From Methanomassiliicoccus sp. (GTDB taxonomy: Archaea > Thermoplasmatota > Thermoplasmata > Methanomassiliicoccales > Methanomassiliicoccaceae), in NCBI GenBank assembly GCA_018262895.1, contig JADFDJ010000010.1:17199-81198 (forward strand): a stretch of DNA of 64,000 bases. Direction: 5' to 3'. Numbering within the stretch: position 1 is the first letter of the stretch; each line of letters opens with the position of its first letter. Positions 58,462 through 64,000 of the stretch are shown here, piece after piece. The notes under the pieces were generated by a model that was not told the origin of the DNA, did no database searches, and saw nothing but the letters and a program-made list of their open reading frames with translations. Position numbers and translations under genes: made by a program.

Positions 58462-61400
58462 AATGTCCCCTCCTCCATCTTTTCATCTGGTATCCTGAGC
58501 TCGGCCTGGAAGTCTCTCACATCGGAGACGTTGGGCCGCATGAGAACATGCGAAATCCCTCCCTCCTGCTTCGTGACCCCAATGATATGGTCGGCCTTTG
58601 TCAGAGTGATCTTGCGCAGGGAGATCTGAACGAACTGGGCGGTCTTGGATGATTTCTGGACGCGCCTGGCCACCATGTCCGCATTGATGCCGTCCAGGAA
58701 CATGTCCACCTCATCGAGGAGATAGAACGGGGAGGGCTGGTACTCCTGGATGGCGAAAATGAACGCCAGCGCGGTGAGCGATTTCTCACCTCCGCTGAGC
58801 GCCTCCAATCTCAGGACCTTTCCCTGCTTGGGCTTGGCCTTAATGGCCATCCCTCCCAGGAATGGCTCCTCCTTGTTCTCCATGATCAGCTCCGCCTCAC
58901 CGCCCTGCGAGAGCTCAGCGTACGCTCTTCTGAAGTTGGTGTTCACGGCCTCAAAGACCTTGTTAAGCGAGGTCTTCTTCTTGGTGTTCAGCTCGCTCTC
59001 CAACCGGAGCAGGTCCTTCCTCTGGGCCTCCAGCCTTGCGGACTCGCCGGATAGCTCATCGAACCTCCTCTTCCGTTCCTCGTAATCGTCAACTGCCTTG
59101 AGGTTTACAGGACCCATGGTGTTGATGGCATTGTCGCATTGTCGGATGGTGTCCCGCAGGACCTCCATGGAGGGAATGGGGAAGACGACCTCCACATTGA
59201 GCTGCTTTAGTTCCTCCTCCAGCTCCCTCATCCTTGCCTGTCCCTGGGCGATGCGGGTGTTGAGCCCAACTATGATCTCCCCTTTGGTCTCGATCGCCCC
59301 CGAGAGGTTGTCGCGCTCCCCCTCCAGAGCGGTCTTCTCACGGAAGATGCTTTCCTTCTTCTGCCTCAGGCCGTTCATCTCCTCACCCATTGAGTCCTCG
59401 ATCTTCCTGAGGGCTACCAGCTCCGTCCGGGAGCGGGCAGCCAGGGCCACCGCCTCCTGCCTTTCCTGCTGGAGCCTGGACAGCTTATCCTCGATCTGCT
59501 TCTGGGCGGCCACCAGCTCGTCGACGCGCTTCTGTGTGAGCTTGATCCGCGCATCCAGGGTATCCCTCTCCGAGCGTAGCTCGGAGGTGCTCCCGGTCAG
59601 GTCGGCGACCTCGGCCTGCAATGCCTTGAGCTTGAGGGACATCTCCTTGGGAGCCAGCTTCTCCATCCTCGCCCGGGCCTCATCACGGCCGGTGCGACAG
59701 GTCCCAAGCTCCTCCTCTCCCTTCCTGATGGTGTCTGCAAGCTGCGCGACCGCCGTAGTGGTCTGGGACATCTCCGCCTGTTTCTTCTCGCGCTCAGAGC
59801 GCAGGACGGCCAGCTTGGAGCGTATCTCCTCCCTCTGGCTCTCCAGTGCCTTTAAGGTCACCGACGAAGCGCCTCCCGCCCCTGTCAGCTCCCTTATCCT
59901 CCCCTCCAGCGCAAGCATGTCGGCCCGTACCTGACGCAGGTCCTCGTGCAACCGGTTGGAGGCCTCGATGGCCGCGTCCAGCTTTGCGGATACCTCCTCC
60001 AGACGTCCCTTGGAGGCAGCTCCGAACTTGAGCTGGGACTGCTCCATGTTCCCACCGACCATGGCCCCCGACGCTTCCAGGAGCTCTCCTCCAGAGGTCA
60101 CCAGGCGAACTCCGCCCATCAGTCTTCGGGCCTTCTCCAGAGTGTCCACCACTACGGTGTCGCCGAGAACGTACCAGAACGCTGCGCGGTACTTTTCATC
60201 GAACTTCACTAGATCGATGGCGAACCCCACGGCCTCCTTGGCGGCCATGATGGCCTTACCTCTTGGCCGGCCGTCGAGCATCTTGGTGAGCGGAAGGAAG
60301 GTAGCCCTCCCTAGGCCGTACCTCTTAAGGTGCTGGATGCACTGGGATGCCACCTCATCGTCATCGACAACGATGGCCTGCATGCGGTTACCAGCAGCCA
60401 CGTTGAGGGCGGTCTGGTATTGGGGATCGACCTCGGCGAGCTCCGCGATGGTGCCGTGGATCCCTCGGATGGTCCTACCGTCCCTCGCCTCCATGATGCC
60501 GCGCACCGCCCGGTTATAACCTCTGGCTATCTCCCCTGCGGCCTCCTCCTCGGCCTTCAGGCGGGATAGGTCGCGGTGGAGGGCCTTGATGGCCTGCTCC
60601 AGCTCGTCAGACTCGCGCGACATCCGGGCCTCAGCGTTCCTCTTCTGCAGGTACTCCTCCTGCAGACCCTTGAGCTCCTTTCCCGATCCCCGGTCCTGGT
60701 CCTTGATCTCCTTGATCCTCCACTCCAGGTCCGTTACGCCGAACTCCTGGACCTTGATGTCCTCGTCGATGGCAAAGATGTCGGCCTCAATGCGTCGGAC
60801 CCGCTCCTCCAGGCGCTCCCTCTCCATGACCTGGCGGTTCAGCACCCCCTCCCGGTCGCGAACGTCCTTCTCCCTGCTGGCAATGTCCTTCTCCAGTTCT
60901 GCCAGCTCAGTGTCGCAGGCGCTTATCTGACCCTGCACGTCAGCCAGGGCCTTCTTGCTCCTGGCCAGGTCAGCGACCCTCTTCTCCAGGAGCTTGGCCT
61001 TTTCATCATGCAGGGAGGTCATCGACAGCACCTCGGCGGATGTGGCATCCTTGTCCTCTCCAAGTGCCACCTGCTGCTCCTTCAGATCCGCCATGGTGGC
61101 GTCCGCATTGGCAACGCGGTCGTCCGACCGGGCCACCAGGACCCGTATGGCATCGATCTTCTCCTTGAGCTCCCGGAACTCCTTGCCCCCCTTGGCGTCC
61201 AGTTCCTTGTCCACCGCTATCATGGACGCGTCCAGCTGCTTCACTCTCTCAGCGATCTGGACCTTGCGGTCCCGAAGCCGGAGGATCTCGGCCTCGATGT
61301 TGCCTATCTGCCGCTGCGTGCTGGAGATGTCCGCTTCCGCCGCCTCCCGCTGCCGGTGCGCCAGCTGGGCCTTGCAGCGTACAAGGGTCTCCTTGGTCCG

Positions 61401-62063
61401 CAGATAGGTCATCGCCACCTCCTTCTCCTGCTCCAGCTGGTCTATCTGCCTCTGAAGTTCGGAGAGAATGATGGATATGCGGTCTATGTTGGCGTCGGTC
61501 TCATCCCTCTCACGCTGGGCCTTGAGTATCTCCTCATCGAACTTTGATATGCCCGATATGTCCTCGAGGACACGCCTCCTCTCCAGGTTGGACATCGTGA
61601 CCATCCTGGTCACGTCCCCCTGCTGTACGAAGTTGTACCCGTCCGCGCTGATGCGGGCGTTGGACAGTAGCATGTCGAACTCGGACAGCGATGACTTCCT
61701 ATCATTGACGTAGAAGTAAGAGCTGTAGCCGTCCCCCTCGGAGGAGAGCTTTACTAGTCGTGTGAGACGAACGTTTTCGTCATCGATGGGGATCATGCGG
61801 TCCTTGTTGTCGAATACCAGCGATACCTTGCAATAGTTTGCCGGCTGCTTGTTGTTGCCCCCATTGAATATGAGGTCCGTCAGCTTACCGGCGCGAATGG
61901 CACGGGAGCTCTTGGGACCGAGCACGAAGAGAATGGCGTCGGAAATGTTGGATTTGCCAGAGCCGTTGGGTCCGGTGACCGCGGTATAGCCTTCCAGCAG
62001 GGGCACGGTAAGCTTCTTACCGAAGGACTTGAAGTTCTCTAGCTCAATCTGTTTAAGGTACAT
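58458..62063 (-). CDS. smc: Chromosome segregation protein SMC
   Basis: ENFKSF, GPNGSGKSN, hinge GRATFLPL / GAMVGG, LSGGEKS, LDEVD. Confidence 0.98.
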   Translation of the reverse strand: MYLKQIELENFKSFGKKLTVPLLEGYTAVTGPNGSGKSNISDAILFVLGPKSSRAIRAGKLTDLIFNGGNNKQPANYCKVSLVFDNKDRMIPIDDENVRLTRLVKLSSEGDGYSSYFYVNDRKSSLSEFDMLLSNARISADGYNFVQQGDVTRMVTMSNLERRRVLEDISGISKFDEEILKAQRERDETDANIDRISIILSELQRQIDQLEQEKEVAMTYLRTKETLVRCKAQLAHRQREAAEADISSTQRQIGNIEAEILRLRDRKVQIAERVKQLDASMIAVDKELDAKGGKEFRELKEKIDAIRVLVARSDDRVANADATMADLKEQQVALGEDKDATSAEVLSMTSLHDEKAKLLEKRVADLARSKKALADVQGQISACDTELAELEKDIASREKDVRDREGVLNRQVMERERLEERVRRIEADIFAIDEDIKVQEFGVTDLEWRIKEIKDQDRGSGKELKGLQEEYLQKRNAEARMSRESDELEQAIKALHRDLSRLKAEEEAAGEIARGYNRAVRGIMEARDGRTIRGIHGTIAELAEVDPQYQTALNVAAGNRMQAIVVDDDEVASQCIQHLKRYGLGRATFLPLTKMLDGRPRGKAIMAAKEAVGFAIDLVKFDEKYRAAFWYVLGDTVVVDTLEKARRLMGGVRLVTSGGELLEASGAMVGGNMEQSQLKFGAASKGRLEEVSAKLDAAIEASNRLHEDLRQVRADMLALEGRIRELTGAGGASSVTLKALESQREEIRSKLAVLRSEREKKQAEMSQTTTAVAQLADTIRKGEEELGTCRTGRDEARARMEKLAPKEMSLKLKALQAEVADLTGSTSELRSERDTLDARIKLTQKRVDELVAAQKQIEDKLSRLQQERQEAVALAARSRTELVALRKIEDSMGEEMNGLRQKKESIFREKTALEGERDNLSGAIETKGEIIVGLNTRIAQGQARMRELEEELKQLNVEVVFPIPSMEVLRDTIRQCDNAINTMGPVNLKAVDDYEERKRRFDELSGESARLEAQRKDLLRLESELNTKKKTSLNKVFEAVNTNFRRAYAELSQGGEAELIMENKEEPFLGGMAIKAKPKQGKVLRLEALSGGEKSLTALAFIFAIQEYQPSPFYLLDEVDMFLDGINADMVARRVQKSSKTAQFVQISLRKITLTKADHIIGVTKQEGGISHVLMRPNVSDVRDFQAELRIPDEKMEEGTL

Positions 62064-62489
62064 TTCGCCTTCAACCCCCGCATACGGAGGCGGAAGAGGG
62101 GGCCAATCCTGGCATGGTCCCTATTCGCGCATCCCACCGAACCGGTCCGACGATTGTCGGACAATAGAAAACAAATGGGAATAGTTCATATATAATAATT
62201 GTTGCCACGTTATTAAAAATGGGCTTCTGGATGATACTTTTCGTTGTTCTCATTTTCCGCCATGACATGTCATCAAAGGACCGGCCTTAGCATAGCCAGC
62301 GCGTTCAGCCAGGGATGGTCTTGACATACTTAACACTTCGTCGGACAAAGCCTTTTCCGTCGGCGGTCCGAAAGTGCTTTTCCTTCATCAGGAGCGCCCG
62401 ATGGTCCCTCATAAATAACTGATGATGGTCCAGGATAGCGAGGATGTGATAGCAAACGATATGACCTAGCCCACGTTTGTCCACGGACG

Positions 62490-63122
62490 ATGACCAAGAT
62501 ACTCCTGTTATCCCCTCATACTGATGATGTCGAGCTCGGCTGCGGAGGAAGCGTGGCCAAGTTCATAGAGCAGGGGCATGAGGTGTTGTGGATCGCGTTC
62601 TCGGTCGCTGAGGACTCCCTCCCCGAAGATCTGCCCAAGGATACACTGGCCAGGGAGTTCGAGAAGGTCATCGGGCGTTATGGGCTGGATCCACATAACC
62701 GGGAGATTCTCGGGTTCCGGGTCCGGCATATGAGCGAGTATCGGCAGGATGTGCTCGATCACCTTGTGAAGGTGCGCTCCCAGTACGCACCCGACATCGT
62801 CATCGGGCCCTCGCTCCACGACTACCACCAGGACCATCAGGTCGTCGCCAACGAGATGATTAGGGCCTTCAAGACCACCTCCAGCATCATATCCTATGAG
62901 CTGCCGTGGAACAACGTCAGGTTCGACAGTCAGCTCTTCATCTCCCTCAATGAAGGCCATGTGCAGCGAAAGTGGGAGGCCCTCCAGGAGTACAGATCGC
63001 AGATGCTGCGTTCCCGTGGGTACTTCGAGAGGGAGTTCATCTTCGGCACTGCCCGAATGCACGGGGTCCAGTGCGGCGAGAGGTATGCCGAGGCCTTCGA
63101 GGTCATCCGCTGGAGACTATGA
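62490..63122 (+). CDS. PIG-L/LmbE family deacetylase
   Basis: PHTDDVELGCGG, DYHQDH, YAEAFEVIR. Confidence 0.9.
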   Translation: MTKILLLSPHTDDVELGCGGSVAKFIEQGHEVLWIAFSVAEDSLPEDLPKDTLAREFEKVIGRYGLDPHNREILGFRVRHMSEYRQDVLDHLVKVRSQYAPDIVIGPSLHDYHQDHQVVANEMIRAFKTTSSIISYELPWNNVRFDSQLFISLNEGHVQRKWEALQEYRSQMLRSRGYFEREFIFGTARMHGVQCGERYAEAFEVIRWRL

Positions 63123-63148
63123 GCATCTTCAGCTCGGAGGGGCGGCTC

Positions 63149-63889
63149 CTATAGAACCTGGCCGCCATCCACGCCGAGGATCTGACCGTTGATGAAGGAA
63201 GCTTTATCGGACATCAGGAATAGGGCCATGGCAGCGACGTCATCCGCGGTACCAGCACGTTTCAGGGGAGTGTCGGCGATCAGCTTCTGACGCACCTCTT
63301 CCTTGAGGCCTCTTGTCATATCCGTGTCGATGAACCCCGGAGCTATGGCGTTCACGCATATGCCTGACTCGCCCAGTTCCTTGGCCGCGGATAGGGTCAT
63401 GCCGATGACGAAGGCCTTGCTGGCCGAGTAGGCGGTCTGGCCCCTGTTACCTCTCCGGCCCACGATGGAGGCCAGGTTGATGATGCGCCCTGACCTCTGC
63501 TTCATCATCATCTTGGCGGCGGCACGGAGACATAGGAAGGAGCCGCGGCAGTTCACCGCCATGATGCGGTCCAGCTCCTCAGTGGAGGTCATGAGCAGCA
63601 GGTTGTTGCCCACGATGCCGGCGTTGTTGACGAGCACGTCCAGGCGGCCAAACCTCTCGCGCATGAACTTGAACAGGGCCTGTACCTCCGCCTCCGCGGA
63701 AACGTCGGCCCTGAAGGTCTCGGCCTTCAGTCCACGCGACCGCAGTTCCTCGGCAAGACCTAGAGCTTCGGTCTCGCTATGGTTGTAGTTGATCACCACG
63801 GTCGCTCCGTCCTCCGCCGCAGCGTGGGCGATCGCTCGCCCTATACCCCGGCTGGCTCCAGTGACCAGCACGATCTTGTCATTCATCAT
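63149..63889 (-). CDS. fabG: SDR, 3-oxoacyl-ACP reductase (FabG-like)
   Basis: TGASRGIG, NNAG, NRGQTAYSASK, APGFIDTDMT. Confidence 0.8.
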   Translation of the reverse strand: MMNDKIVLVTGASRGIGRAIAHAAAEDGATVVINYNHSETEALGLAEELRSRGLKAETFRADVSAEAEVQALFKFMRERFGRLDVLVNNAGIVGNNLLLMTSTEELDRIMAVNCRGSFLCLRAAAKMMMKQRSGRIINLASIVGRRGNRGQTAYSASKAFVIGMTLSAAKELGESGICVNAIAPGFIDTDMTRGLKEEVRQKLIADTPLKRAGTADDVAAMALFLMSDKASFINGQILGVDGGQVL

Positions 63890-64000
63890 CTTCAGATCTC
63901 CTCCTGATGGTGACCCATCGGACCATCCTGTTCAATGGCATGATGCCGTCCCAGGGAAGGGTGAAATCGTGCATCTCCCCAGGCATCACGAAACGGTCCA
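63879..64000 (-). CDS. C-terminal fragment of a LuxC-type acyl-CoA reductase (runs off window)
   Basis: Minus strand reads DRFVMPGEMHDFTLPWDGIMPLNRMVRWVT…DDE-TGA, overlapping the fabG start; DRxxxxG…WDG…RWV resembles the LuxC C-terminus. Not in the ORF track. Confidence 0.7.
   Translation of the reverse strand, partial: DRFVMPGEMHDFTLPWDGIMPLNRMVRWVTIRRRSEDDE

Overview
GC-rich archaeal chromosomal segment. Archaeal markers include fibrillarin, Nop5, aIF5A, uS15, Kae1, an Sm-like protein, JAMM and BRE/TATA promoters. Gene content fits Methanomassiliicoccales (Thermoplasmatota); this is inference, not a database result. About 60 CDS and two tRNAs (Leu-CAG, Val-GAC). Core blocks: glmM-glmU, IMPase-NAD kinase-JAMM, rps15-DHH, kae1, thiME, mtnA-aldolase-nop5, aIF5A-agmatinase-like, an ABC transporter-DUF47-phosphohexomutase operon and smc-scpA-scpB. 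Accessory blocks with decayed genes lie 3' of each tRNA. Most notable: (1) a polyphosphate operon with a CHAD + calcineurin-like phosphoesterase + HD fusion, followed by a stand-alone LigD 3'-phosphoesterase; (2) an unannotated TnpB relic that keeps its omega-RNA-like 3' region; (3) an orphan 35-35-35 bp repeat-spacer-repeat with internal hairpins; (4) an aIF5A-linked ureohydrolase whose DAHxD metal motif reads NAHLN, with aguBA 8 kb away; (5) a three-gene wHTH operon encoding two small proteins that share a motif; (6) a membrane-anchored Schlafen/AlbA_2 gene split by an in-frame TGA; (7) a surface GH5-like glycosidase; (8) the edge of a LuxC/FabG/PIG-L locus. No cas genes, integrase or intact transposase were found. 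All calls come from motifs read by eye.
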